Below, in pieces: positions 28,764 through 38,824 of a DNA stretch of 64,000 nucleotides; the first letter of the stretch is position 1; every line of letters begins with the position of its first letter. The notes under the pieces are model-generated. The model worked only from the letters and a program-made list of their open reading frames with translations, was not told where the DNA came from and made no database searches. This DNA comes from Christensenella sp. UBA7571 (lineage in GTDB: Bacteria; Bacillota; Clostridia; Christensenellales; CAG-917). The stretch is from positions 9,694 to 73,693 of the forward strand of contig DLLD01000015.1 of NCBI GenBank assembly GCA_002476605.1, given 5' to 3'. The position numbers and the translations under genes were made by a program.

Positions 28764-30209
28764 TTACGCCTTTTCGAGCAAGTCGAGCGAGTACGCAAGA
28801 CGGCGCATCGTCTCGTCTTTTTTGAGCACTACCGCCATTTCGATAGCACCGCCGGGGGTTACGGGTGCGCCCGTGAGCGCAACGCGCATAGAAAACATAA
28901 CTTGTCCGCTCTTGACGCCGACTTGTTCGGAATACGTCTTAATACGCTCTTTGATAGCGTCCGCGTTCCAATCCTCGAAGTCTTTGAGCGCGTCGATTGC
29001 GGTCTTGACCGCGACTTTTGCAACGTCCTTGTTGACCTTCATCTTTTGATGCTCGTACATACCAAGGTCGTACTCTCCGAATTGATTGAGGAAGGCAAGT
29101 TTTTCGGGAATTTCGCTCAAAATATCCACTCTCGTTTGCATAAGAGACGCAAGTTCCTTCACGTCGTAGTCTTTGCCGTCGATTGCCTTTTCAATCCAGC
29201 TCGTCGCAACTTTTTCAAACTCTTCGGGAGTCATTGCTTTGAGGTATTCGCCGTTGAGCCAACGCATCTTTGCCTCGTCGAAAATGGAACTGCTGTGAGA
29301 GATGCCGTCCGTGTCGAACTCCTCAATCATCTCTTGCATAGTCATTTTCTCTTTGTTGTTCTTGGGACACCAGCCCAAAAGCGCGATATAGTTCACCACC
29401 GCTTCGGGAAGATATCCTTTTGCGATAAAGTCCTCGAAGTTGGCGTCACCGAAACGCTTGGAAAGTTTGCGCGTGGCGTCTTTCATAATGGGCGGAAGGT
29501 GCATATATTTGGGTCTTTCCCAACCGAACGCGTCGTAAATGAGGTTGTATTTGGGGGTTGAGCTCAAATATTCCGTACCTCTGATGACGTGCGTGATGCC
29601 CATAAGATGGTCGTCAACGACGTTTGCGAAGTTATACGTGGGAAGTCCGTCGCTTTTAAGCAAAACGCCGTCTTCGATATCCGCGCTGTCTACGCTTATC
29701 TCGCCAAAGACCATATCCGTATAACTGGACACTACGCCCTCGGGCACTTTTTGTCTTATAACGTACGGTTCACCCGCCGCAAGGCGTCTTTGCACTTCCT
29801 CTTTGGAAAGATTGCGACAATGCTTGTCGTAGGTGTGCACGCCGTTGGCGTCTTTGAGGCTTTCAAGTCTCTCTTTGTCGCAGAAGCAGTAGTAAGCACC
29901 GCCGAGTTCGACGAGTTTTTCAGCATACTCTTTGTATATGCCCATACGCTCGGTTTGCACGTAAGGACCGTATCCGCCGTCTTTGTCCGGACCTTCGTCG
30001 TAGGTGATACCCGCAGTCGCAAGCGTGCGATACACCATCTCAACCGCGCCTTCGACCTTTCTTTCTTGGTCAGTGTCCTCTATACGCAAGATAAATTTAC
30101 CGCCGTTTTTGCGAGCATACAAAAAAGCGTACAATCCCGTGCGGAGATTGCCAATGTGCATAAATCCCGTCGGAGACGGAGCAAATCTCGTTCTAACCGT
30201 GTTACTCAT
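28764..30209 (-). CDS. gltX: Glutamyl-tRNA synthetase
   Basis: RFAPSPTGFMHIGNLRTGLY (HIGH), KLSKRFGD (KMSKS). Confidence 0.95.
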   Translation of the reverse strand: MSNTVRTRFAPSPTGFMHIGNLRTGLYAFLYARKNGGKFILRIEDTDQERKVEGAVEMVYRTLATAGITYDEGPDKDGGYGPYVQTERMGIYKEYAEKLVELGGAYYCFCDKERLESLKDANGVHTYDKHCRNLSKEEVQRRLAAGEPYVIRQKVPEGVVSSYTDMVFGEISVDSADIEDGVLLKSDGLPTYNFANVVDDHLMGITHVIRGTEYLSSTPKYNLIYDAFGWERPKYMHLPPIMKDATRKLSKRFGDANFEDFIAKGYLPEAVVNYIALLGWCPKNNKEKMTMQEMIEEFDTDGISHSSSIFDEAKMRWLNGEYLKAMTPEEFEKVATSWIEKAIDGKDYDVKELASLMQTRVDILSEIPEKLAFLNQFGEYDLGMYEHQKMKVNKDVAKVAVKTAIDALKDFEDWNADAIKERIKTYSEQVGVKSGQVMFSMRVALTGAPVTPGGAIEMAVVLKKDETMRRLAYSLDLLEKA

Positions 30210-30933
30210 AAAAATTTATACCTTCTTTCAAACAGTTCTTTACGTTTTTGATTTTGTCGAGCATACCTTGCTCTTCAAACGAATAATAGCTTGCACCGCT
30301 AAACACGTAGTGGTCAAGAAGAGCAATTCCCATTGCCGAGAGCGTAGTATACAGCTCTTGCGTTACGTCCACGTCCTTTTGAGACGGTGAGGGATTTCCG
30401 CTTGGGTGATTGTGTGCGATAACCACGCTGCACGCCTTGTTTTTGAGTGCGAAATCGACGATGTTTCTCACGTTGAGTTCAACTGCGTCCGCACTTCCTT
30501 TTGCAAGGCATCTTGCGTCTACCAAGCCGTCTCTGGCGTCGAGCGCGATTGCGTATAATTCCTCTTCGCGCAAGCCGTAGAACTTGTTGCCGAGAAACTT
30601 GCGTATCTCGCCTCTGCCTTTGAGCGTTTGCTTTTCACCCTCGCAATCTTGCATATATCTACGCAAAATCTCGGGCAAACACGCAATAAACAACGATGCG
30701 TTTTGCGTCATTCCGGCAACTTCGTTCAACCTCTTTTCGTCGGCGTTAAGAACCCCCGCCAAAGAGCCGAATTTGTCGATAAGCGCGTGCGCTATCTCGT
30801 TTGTGTCTTTTCTGGGCACGAACGCGTACAAAAGATATTCCAAAATCTCGTGTTCTTCCAAAGTTGCAATACCGCTCTTGCGTATGCGTGCGCGCATACG
30901 TTCGCGGTGACCTTCGTGTACTTGTTTAGCCAT
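30202..30933 (-). CDS. radC: RadC family JAB-domain protein
   Basis: HNHPSGNPSPSQKDVDVTQEL metal-binding motif; GHRERMRARI start. Confidence 0.92.
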   Translation of the reverse strand: MAKQVHEGHRERMRARIRKSGIATLEEHEILEYLLYAFVPRKDTNEIAHALIDKFGSLAGVLNADEKRLNEVAGMTQNASLFIACLPEILRRYMQDCEGEKQTLKGRGEIRKFLGNKFYGLREEELYAIALDARDGLVDARCLAKGSADAVELNVRNIVDFALKNKACSVVIAHNHPSGNPSPSQKDVDVTQELYTTLSAMGIALLDHYVFSGASYYSFEEQGMLDKIKNVKNCLKEGINFYE

Positions 30934-30990
30934 TTTAGTTCGTAGGGCAACGCTTTTGCGTTGCTATCCTCTTTCGTCTTATTCAAACGC

Positions 30991-31407
30991 TTACAGTTCC
31001 GGATATTCCTTAAAGACGGTCTCGTCCAACTTAACGAGACGTATAAGCACGTTTAGAGCGTCGTTTTCGTCCTTAAATCCGTAGGTTTTGCCGATAACCT
31101 TCCACGCTCCGTACGCGTGCAAAAAGTCGTACCAAAAATAACACTCGTCTTGAAGTTGGAAAATTTCGAGAAAACTGAAAGACTCGTATTTGCTCCAACG
31201 TTTAAGCACGTCGATGAGCGCGTTGACCTCTTCGTTGTCGTCGTAGCGCGCGTGGATAAATTGAAGCATATACTTCTTGACCTCTTTCGAGAATGTCATA
31301 ACGCCTTGTTTGGCGTTTTCGATGTCCTTTATGATCGCGGCGATTTCGGGATCGTCGCTGTGTTTTTTGAGGACTTTCTGGCACGGAAATGCAAATGCGT
31401 TCGTCAT
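30991..31407 (-). CDS. Hypothetical protein
   Basis: 138-aa ORF, no recognised motif. Confidence 0.5.
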   Translation of the reverse strand: MTNAFAFPCQKVLKKHSDDPEIAAIIKDIENAKQGVMTFSKEVKKYMLQFIHARYDDNEEVNALIDVLKRWSKYESFSFLEIFQLQDECYFWYDFLHAYGAWKVIGKTYGFKDENDALNVLIRLVKLDETVFKEYPEL

Positions 31408-31606
31408 AATGGTTAATATTATAAACTAAACTAGTTTATAAATCAAGGCGTATTGCACATTTGCGGTTTTTTCACGCTATTCAAAACGTAAAATTAAAAA
31501 ACGGACGGACGCTTTTTGCAAGTCGTCCGTCCGCTCGTACGTCGTTTATCTATCGTCTAACGCGCTTATAAACGCTTCGGTATTCCAATAAGCCGGATAA
31601 TGCTTC

Positions 31607-34600
31607 TTACAGATAAAAATCAAATCGTATCGACGCTCCGTCTTTGTCGTAGACGTATCCGTCGTTCTTAAAATCGTTAAACGTATAATTCTCGGGCACG
31701 TCAAACAAACCGTTCCAAAACGCCTCTTGTTTTTCTCGTGAAAGATTTTCAAAGTCTTCTCTACTCGCCATAAAGGCAAAAGTAAAGTTATTCAACTTGT
31801 CGCCTTTCAAGTTCAAATTGATGCTTTGGACGTTGAGGTCGTTCAATATTATACCGAACAATTGCGTTCCCGATATATTCAACAATCCCAAATTTACAAC
31901 GATAGACGCGTTGTCGAGCCTATCGTAAGCGACGTAACGGATATTTGCAAACGAATATTTGTCGTAATCCGCATTATCCAAGAACGCTTGGTCTATCGTT
32001 ACGGTAGGAATCGTGCCGTCTTCCCCTGCCGGATACGGTGGCAACGCAATGACGATTTCGGACGATCCGAAATTGGGCAATTGCAGTCCGTCTTTGGAAC
32101 AAATCTTGCCGTCCACCATACTAAACAACGGTGAATTGCCGGTGAGCGTTATGGAGTTGACCGTATAGGAAATGACGCTTCCGTCGTTGAAGAATTTCGG
32201 CGTCCAACTAAACAAGCCCGCGTCGGACGGTTCTATAACCGACTTCAACACGCCGCTATACGTTCCGTTTTGGACGTGATAATATTTGTAGTTTTGCGGA
32301 ATAACTATTTCTGTTATTTTATTGACGGTGAAAATTTGCATATTTTGCGGTTCTAATGCGTTGCAATCGGTTGGCAAAGCGAGAGTGCCGCCACAACTTC
32401 CCGTCTCGTCTATATATCCGAGCAAGAGCTTGCCGTCTTTTACCCAATAATCGGAAATAAGCACGCTCTCTTGGCAATCCGTTTGTGCAAACTCGTATTG
32501 AACGCTACCGTTTGCGTTTTTCCAACCGTTTTCTTTTATCGTCTCGTAATCGTTGCCGAAAATTCTATACGCGTACGGATAATTTTCGGTTTTTTCCATA
32601 GTTTCTTGCGTTTTCGGAAGTTTCACGATATAGCAAGGAGAAGTGAAAACATAATCGTCTCCGCACCAAATCTTGTTGTCGGTAGAGGGTCTGTCCGTGT
32701 CTTTGCCGGTCGCACCGTCCGTTCCGCTGTTTGCAGAACCGCTACCCGACGCTTCGTATCTGACGGGAGTAGGATTGAATTTGAGAGAGAGGAATTTTGC
32801 CGTAGGATTCAAAACGATTTCAACTGCGGAATAATCGTCAACGTTTATCTCTTCTTCAACGGCAATATTCGCATAGTTTCCGTCGACGGTCACATTATTT
32901 ATTTTGCCGTTGACGTTGTCGAATACGTTATACGCGGATATATCCAATTCCGTCGTGCTGTCTTTGATAAGTTTAACGTCTCCGCCGACGCTAACGCTAT
33001 CAAATATAGTATCTATCTCCGCCGATGCCAAAACGAATTTGTAACCGTTGGAAACTATTTTAAGCTCTCCGATCGAAATTCCGTTCAAACGATCTTTGAT
33101 AGTACCGCCGTTAACGAGATTTGCAATTCTGATCGTGAGTCGATTTGCCGTGTCGTATTTGTCACCGACAGTGTCTTGTTGCGTTTTAAGAGGTTCGGGA
33201 GCGTTGCCGAAATGAATTTCAAGAGTATTCAAGTCCAATTGCCATTTTGCAACGAAATCACAAACGGTGCTTATATCGTACTTGAAAGTTATCTCACCAT
33301 CCGAGCCCAAACTCGTCGGATAATACTTTTTGCTTGCGCTCGCAATCAAGGTTTTTACGCTACCGGAGTTTTTGAAACCGCGATTGTTTACGGCAAAATT
33401 ATCGTCCAATTCCACACCACTTAAATCGTAAACTTCCGTGTTTTTGTCAAACAAATAAAACGCTTTGCCGTCGCTCGTTGCAAGTGTGCCGGACTTTTCG
33501 TCGGTCTTAAACAACGGAGAATACGACGTGATACTTTCAAGATTGTACTCCGCGTTGCCATTGCTTATATAAGGACTAAATTCGTTGCTATCCGCTATTT
33601 CCCAACGGTTAGATACGAGTTTTTTGACTTGTTCGCAAGAAGACGGTATTACGAGATTTTTGACCGTTCCCGTGTTGTCTACGATACGAAATTCGCTTGA
33701 TATCGCCACCACTCCGTCGGGAATCGTTACGGTTTCCGCGGGCGTAACGTTTTTGGTCGCGAAATCGCAACCCGTCAAAACGTTGTTCTCGTATACCCAA
33801 GGAGAGCCGTCCTCTTCACTCTTGCCCGATTGCTCCGCCCAAAGGTTGAGAATTTTGTCAAGATCGTCTTTTGCAAGCGAAATCGAGTTGCGCGACGCAA
33901 CGTTTCTAAAATAATCTTTGTCTACGTAGTCGTAAAGAATGTCGAGATTTGACGACAATTTTTCGCACTCTTGCGCGCTTGCGCTTGCCGTGATTTGCTT
34001 AGTGTCTCGTTTGAGATCTCCGTTCGCCCACGCAAAGCTATTGAGGCTTTCGTCTGACAAAACGCCGTAGGCAAACTTGTTTTGGTTGTCACCGTACGCA
34101 AACGTAACACTCTCGTTTTCTCCCGTTATGGAAATCATAGAAAAGCCGTAATTGCTTTCACTGACGTAATACAAATCCACGAACGAAAATGCTTCCTTTC
34201 TTACGTTCACTTCGCTCGTCCCTTCTATTTGAGTGACAGTTTGAGGATAATATACGAGTTGGAAAACGTGATTACCGTCTTTTTCGGCAACGTAATAGCT
34301 GTCCGCGTTTTGCTTCTCGTTCAAAATTTTGACGGTTTTTCCGTAAAAAGAACTTTCTCCTTTTATTCTCGTGATGCCGTCTCCGATCTGTTTTGCAAGC
34401 GAAAACGACGATGAAAACGCGTTTTTATAAACGGAATACATCTCGGGCATCGCTTCGGGAACGAAGCCGTTTTGCTCGTCTTGGGACAAAGCGTCCATCA
34501 TCGTTTTTACGGCGTCTGCCATTCCCGTTATGGAGTTGTTTCCCTTATAAGCGGACTTACATATTTGGATGCTTGACGACGTCGTTGCGCCCTCCGTCTT

Positions 34601-34789
34601 GAACAAAGCGTTCTCCAATTTTGCGATAGTTTCGTAAAAATCCTTGTACTCGGCGTTCTTTTCAAAAACGTCGACTTTTGGCAATTCGTCGTCCGGATTA
34701 TCGCCGGATTTCGAGCAAGATACTAGCACCGAAGCGCACGTAATCGCAACCAAGCAAATTGCCAAAATCGCAACAAATTTTCTTTTCAT
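31607..34789 (-). CDS. Very large (1060 aa) lipoprotein, function unknown
   Basis: Signal peptide and lipobox ASVLVSC; a few LRR_5-like fragments (TVTIPDGVVAIS, VKNLVIPSSCEQVKKL). Confidence 0.65.
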   Translation of the reverse strand: MKRKFVAILAICLVAITCASVLVSCSKSGDNPDDELPKVDVFEKNAEYKDFYETIAKLENALFKTEGATTSSSIQICKSAYKGNNSITGMADAVKTMMDALSQDEQNGFVPEAMPEMYSVYKNAFSSSFSLAKQIGDGITRIKGESSFYGKTVKILNEKQNADSYYVAEKDGNHVFQLVYYPQTVTQIEGTSEVNVRKEAFSFVDLYYVSESNYGFSMISITGENESVTFAYGDNQNKFAYGVLSDESLNSFAWANGDLKRDTKQITASASAQECEKLSSNLDILYDYVDKDYFRNVASRNSISLAKDDLDKILNLWAEQSGKSEEDGSPWVYENNVLTGCDFATKNVTPAETVTIPDGVVAISSEFRIVDNTGTVKNLVIPSSCEQVKKLVSNRWEIADSNEFSPYISNGNAEYNLESITSYSPLFKTDEKSGTLATSDGKAFYLFDKNTEVYDLSGVELDDNFAVNNRGFKNSGSVKTLIASASKKYYPTSLGSDGEITFKYDISTVCDFVAKWQLDLNTLEIHFGNAPEPLKTQQDTVGDKYDTANRLTIRIANLVNGGTIKDRLNGISIGELKIVSNGYKFVLASAEIDTIFDSVSVGGDVKLIKDSTTELDISAYNVFDNVNGKINNVTVDGNYANIAVEEEINVDDYSAVEIVLNPTAKFLSLKFNPTPVRYEASGSGSANSGTDGATGKDTDRPSTDNKIWCGDDYVFTSPCYIVKLPKTQETMEKTENYPYAYRIFGNDYETIKENGWKNANGSVQYEFAQTDCQESVLISDYWVKDGKLLLGYIDETGSCGGTLALPTDCNALEPQNMQIFTVNKITEIVIPQNYKYYHVQNGTYSGVLKSVIEPSDAGLFSWTPKFFNDGSVISYTVNSITLTGNSPLFSMVDGKICSKDGLQLPNFGSSEIVIALPPYPAGEDGTIPTVTIDQAFLDNADYDKYSFANIRYVAYDRLDNASIVVNLGLLNISGTQLFGIILNDLNVQSINLNLKGDKLNNFTFAFMASREDFENLSREKQEAFWNGLFDVPENYTFNDFKNDGYVYDKDGASIRFDFYL

Positions 34790-35071
34790 TTATGCTCTCC
34801 TAAATAATATTTTAAGCAAAATCCCCCTAACGAACAAAAATAGACCAAGGCTTTACCCTGATCTGTAAAACGGCAACACAAACGCTACCAAATTCATCGA
34901 AAATTTTCAGAAGAAGGCAAGATTCAAATCTTTTAGACCATTTTTGTTTGCGTGATTTATACTTTTGACGGACACATTGTAGCATATCTTTTTCGTCGTT
35001 TCAACGATTTTGAATTTATAATTTGAAAAAAATTATAACTTATATCGTTGCGCCACGCTCTTTTATTCCGT

Positions 35072-35788
35072 TTACGAGGCAAAACGGCATATTCCGTCCG
35101 CGATAACGCTTGCCATTCTATACTGATACTCGGGCAAAACCAAGTTCCTTTCGTCGGCAAAATTGCTCAAAAACCCACATTCTACGATGACGGACGGATA
35201 TGGGCTACATTCAAGAAGATACTTTTGCGCACACAACGGAGAATACTCCCGTCCGCCGTCCGCAAGATTGATTTTGGCGTTGAGAATCGATTGTAAAACA
35301 GTTGCAAGCCTTGCACCGTCTTCGCTTTTTTTGTTGAAAAACACTTGCGCGCCTCTACGCGTGGGTGCGGAATAAAAATTTTGATGTATGCTGATCACCG
35401 CAAACGGCTTTGCCTCGTTGATTATCTCCCCTCGCTTGAACATATCCGCACGCTTTTTGTTGTTTTTTACGCCCTCGAACTCGTGCATAGCGTCGTTGCG
35501 ACGCGTGTAGACAACGGTGTATCCGCGCGCTTTTAGAATTTCACCCAAGTAGAACGCTATTTTGAGGTTGACCGTCTTCTCCTCAACACCGGTTTTGACT
35601 CCCGACACTCCCGAATCTATACCGCCGTGCCCCGCGTCTATCACAATCGTGGACTCGTGCGCCTTTTCCGTGTTTACGGCGTTGATTATAAAGGGTGCGG
35701 AGGCGCAATACGCCACCAAAAGCACCGTTAAAACGATTACGATAAGTTTTGAATATTCTTTTTTGTTTCGACTCTTTTCGACACGCAT
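35072..35788 (-). CDS. N-acetylmuramoyl-L-alanine amidase (CwlD-like); start at MRVEKSRNKKEY
   Basis: IVIDAGHGGIDSGVSG, LKIAFYLGEILKARGYTVVYTRRND, SIHQNFY, VECGFLSN. Confidence 0.88.
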   Translation of the reverse strand: MRVEKSRNKKEYSKLIVIVLTVLLVAYCASAPFIINAVNTEKAHESTIVIDAGHGGIDSGVSGVKTGVEEKTVNLKIAFYLGEILKARGYTVVYTRRNDAMHEFEGVKNNKKRADMFKRGEIINEAKPFAVISIHQNFYSAPTRRGAQVFFNKKSEDGARLATVLQSILNAKINLADGGREYSPLCAQKYLLECSPYPSVIVECGFLSNFADERNLVLPEYQYRMASVIADGICRFAS

Positions 35789-36073
35789 ATAGTTACAAAA
35801 GCAATTATATTCACGGCGGCATAAAAATACGTGTTTTTCCACAAAGTTATCCACATTTTGACCTCAAATTGTGGACAACTCGGTGGATAACCCCGTTTTG
35901 AGCGAAATTTTCACCTCGTTAGAACACCGCTTTTTTGATAGGATTTTTGCGGTATTCTGCGTGCATTTTTCGGCGTAATTCGACAATTTTCGTAAATCTA
36001 TCCCGCCGTGTTTTTCGTCCTTGTCCGTCATATCGCAAAAGATATTCGCATACGCTTTTTCGAGGTGTAAATT

Positions 36074-37030
36074 ATGGCTCAATTTTCTCAATTGCAAAAC
36101 AAACCCGTGCTTGAAAGAGACTCGTCCAATATCGTCGGGCGCATAAAAAATGCATATTTTTCGCAAGGATGCAAATGCATCGTATATTTGGTTATGAATA
36201 GTTGCAAAAACGGTGAGGAAACGCTTATACCGTTTGACGACGTTTTGTCTTTTAAGGACGCAATCGTCGTGCAAAATTCCGTAAACTTCAAAAGTGCGCA
36301 AGATATAGACTTCACCGCTTTTACAGCGGGAATTATGGATATGCCGATATACACGCAAGCGGGCGTATTAAAAGGCAACGTGAGCGAAATCGAGTTTTCT
36401 CAAAGCGGAAAAGTGAGCAAAATATGCACGGAAACGGAGCAATTTTCACCCTCCGCAATACTCTCGGCGGGCAACGCGATAATATTGAAAGGCGCACCCA
36501 AAACGCCAAAGGCAAAACCCGCAAAAATTCCTCGTCCGAGCGTCGAAACGCTTGCCGTAATAGAAACCGACGATCTATCCGTACAAAACGACGCCACAAA
36601 GGTGAATATCGCAAGAGATATTTTCGTTAATACACAAAACGATAACTCCGACGGCACGACGAACGATATGTCGAATACGCAAATAGCAAAAACTGCAACC
36701 GACGCCAAACCCGACTATATTATGCAAAACGCAATATTGCACACCGCCCCGCCCGCAGTGTTCGTATCGGGCAATTCTCCTCTTTTTACGAAAGACGCGT
36801 TTGACACAATCGTCGGTGAGGAAAGCGAATACGAGGACACGCACACGCCTACGCGCGTTATATGCGATTACGAATTTCTTCTGGGCAGAGTGCTCGGACA
36901 AGACCTATATACGTATGCAAACGTGCCTATTGCCAAGAAAGGCGATATCGTCACGGACGAACTGGTAAGCAAAGCCCGCCTTGCAGGCAAACTTGTCGAA
37001 CTCACGTTAAATAGCATAAAACAAGAGTGA
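36074..37030 (+). CDS. Protein with two PRC-barrel-like regions separated by a low-complexity linker
   Basis: N-term GRIKNAYFSQGCKCIVYLVM...; internal ITAGIMDMPIYTQAGVLKGNVSEIEF-like segment; C-term LLGRVLGQDLYTYANVPIAKKGDIVTDELVSKARLAGKLVELT. Confidence 0.5.
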   Translation: MAQFSQLQNKPVLERDSSNIVGRIKNAYFSQGCKCIVYLVMNSCKNGEETLIPFDDVLSFKDAIVVQNSVNFKSAQDIDFTAFTAGIMDMPIYTQAGVLKGNVSEIEFSQSGKVSKICTETEQFSPSAILSAGNAIILKGAPKTPKAKPAKIPRPSVETLAVIETDDLSVQNDATKVNIARDIFVNTQNDNSDGTTNDMSNTQIAKTATDAKPDYIMQNAILHTAPPAVFVSGNSPLFTKDAFDTIVGEESEYEDTHTPTRVICDYEFLLGRVLGQDLYTYANVPIAKKGDIVTDELVSKARLAGKLVELTLNSIKQE

Positions 37031-37168
37031 TAATTTGGATATTTTATATAAATAATATATAGATAATAAAATAATAGTTGATGTGGTTTGAAAGAGCCGC
37101 ATCAACTTTTAAATTGAGAATTTTTGAAAAGTTGTGATAAATAGATGGTTTTATTGACGCGACTGTAA

Positions 37169-37287
37169 GTCGCACCAAATAAACGCATAATGCGAAAGCG
37201 CCACGATTTGGCAACCCTAACCGTACAAATGCGTACGTGAGTTGTCAAATCGTGGCGCTGACAAAATTAGGCGTTATTTGGTGTGAC
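37169..37287 (+). repeat. Modular inverted-arm element, copy A (complete)
   Basis: Outer GTCGCACCAAATAA/TTATTTGGTGTGAC; 15-nt spacer; inner GCGCCACGATTTG (37198-37210)/CAAATCGTGGCGC (37246-37258); core GCAACCCTAACCGTACAAATGCGTACGTGAGTTG. Confidence 0.85.
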
Positions 37288-37294
37288 TTGGAAA

Positions 37295-37411
37295 GCCGTG
37301 CCAAATAGATGAAGAACAAGGAAGAGCCGTCCGTACGACAACCCAATTTACAAGTCGTAAATGAGTTGCGGGCGGACGGCTCTGACGCAGTTATTCGTTA
37401 TTTGGTGCGGC
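37295..37411 (+). repeat. Modular inverted-arm element, copy B (complete); right outer arm overlaps the 3' end of the M28 gene
   Basis: Outer GCCGTGCCAAAT/ATTTGGTGCGGC; spacer ATGAAGAACAAGGA; inner AGAGCCGTCCG/CGGACGGCTCT; core CAACCCAATTTACAAGTCGTAAATGAGTTG. Confidence 0.85.
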
Positions 37412-38753
37412 TTTCCTCAATTTTGGAGATAACGCGGACGACTACGTCTAGTCCAAGCCCTACCGTGTCGGGGCTGAAACGCTCGGGAACGTCACGGAAG
37501 GTGTGATAGTAGTCGGACATAACGGGGTTTTGGGCGGCAAAGGTGATGGATTTGACACCGGCGCGTTGGAAAGGCGTTGAGTCGCACCCACCGACGGGGT
37601 TGGCAATGTTGCCGGGCTTTTTGATACCCGCTTCTTTCATTGCGTCGAAGAACATCTTTTCCAAGTCCTTGTCAAAGTGCGGGCAAAGCCAACTGTCACC
37701 GTGGATAACCTCGAAATGCTCTGCGTCGGCAATGGAGTCTATGTTGATGTGATAGGCGTTGTCGAGCATACCGTCGTCTTTATGCTTGCGAGTAAATGCG
37801 ATAGATCCGCGAAGACCGGACTCCTCCGCACCGACGTTGCAGTCGATAATACGGCAGTTTTTGGGCATTTTGTCGGGGTTTTCCTTGTAATACTTAACCA
37901 CTTGATACGCTATGGAAACGCCCGTTGCGTTGTCCATTGCACCTGGGGAGGCAATCTCTTCCGTCTTCTCGTTGTACATCGTGAGCAAGAATGAGCAAGC
38001 GATTGCAAGCGGTGAGCCGTAAAGCGCGATTTGGGAAAGTATTCCGTATGCTTCAAGCACGTTGAGGAGCGTGCGTTGGTCGAGGTTGTCACCGTATTGA
38101 TACATCATAATGAGCACGGTGAGCGCAATGCTGACCATAGTCACGAGCGCAACCGCGATTGCACCGAGACCGAGTCTCAACACGACGCCGACGAAGCCGA
38201 GCTTGTATTGCGAGGCACTGAGTTTGAGCGTCCAACTCGTATCGGTGTGTCCCGTAAGATAGATAGTGTAATCGTATTTGCCGTCTTCGGGAAGAAGCTC
38301 CGCATAAGTGTTTTGCGACACTTTGTGCTTGAAGCACCAGTCAAAGCAAGTGTGATATTTGAACACGCTGACGAAAAGCCAAATCCACACGCAAATCATA
38401 AACATCGTGCAGACGAAGTGTACCACCACTCCCGCGAAAGGCGAACCGAAACGCATTCTGGTGAATTGATACAAATCACCGCCGATGGACGACACCAAGA
38501 TTGCGATAAGCGTAAGAACGCAACCGATAATGCCCGCCCAACCCGCGTACGGAAGTCCGCCAATGGACGAGTGCGGTGCAAACACGAAGTTTTCGGTGAC
38601 GGGATTGAGACCTATCTCTTTGAGCTTGCCCGACATATAGTCGTGGTATTTTTTCTCGTTTTGAGAACCGGGAAGGCGCGGACCGATTTCGTTGGCGGCG
38701 TATTCCACCATCTTGTACGCATCGTCGCCGTACTTTTTGAGTTCTTCTCTCAT
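37398..38753 (-). CDS. M28 family metallopeptidase with internal TM segments; start at MREELKKYG
   Basis: TGHTDTSW, DNATGVSIAYQV, VGAEESGLRGS, HINIDSIAD, YYHTFRDVPERF motifs. Confidence 0.85.
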   Translation of the reverse strand: MREELKKYGDDAYKMVEYAANEIGPRLPGSQNEKKYHDYMSGKLKEIGLNPVTENFVFAPHSSIGGLPYAGWAGIIGCVLTLIAILVSSIGGDLYQFTRMRFGSPFAGVVVHFVCTMFMICVWIWLFVSVFKYHTCFDWCFKHKVSQNTYAELLPEDGKYDYTIYLTGHTDTSWTLKLSASQYKLGFVGVVLRLGLGAIAVALVTMVSIALTVLIMMYQYGDNLDQRTLLNVLEAYGILSQIALYGSPLAIACSFLLTMYNEKTEEIASPGAMDNATGVSIAYQVVKYYKENPDKMPKNCRIIDCNVGAEESGLRGSIAFTRKHKDDGMLDNAYHINIDSIADAEHFEVIHGDSWLCPHFDKDLEKMFFDAMKEAGIKKPGNIANPVGGCDSTPFQRAGVKSITFAAQNPVMSDYYHTFRDVPERFSPDTVGLGLDVVVRVISKIEESRTK

Positions 38754-38824
38754 AATTTCCTCACTATCTTTTATTGTTATAAAATGCGAGCGCAAAATTA
38801 TGCGCTCGCACACTAAAACCTATT

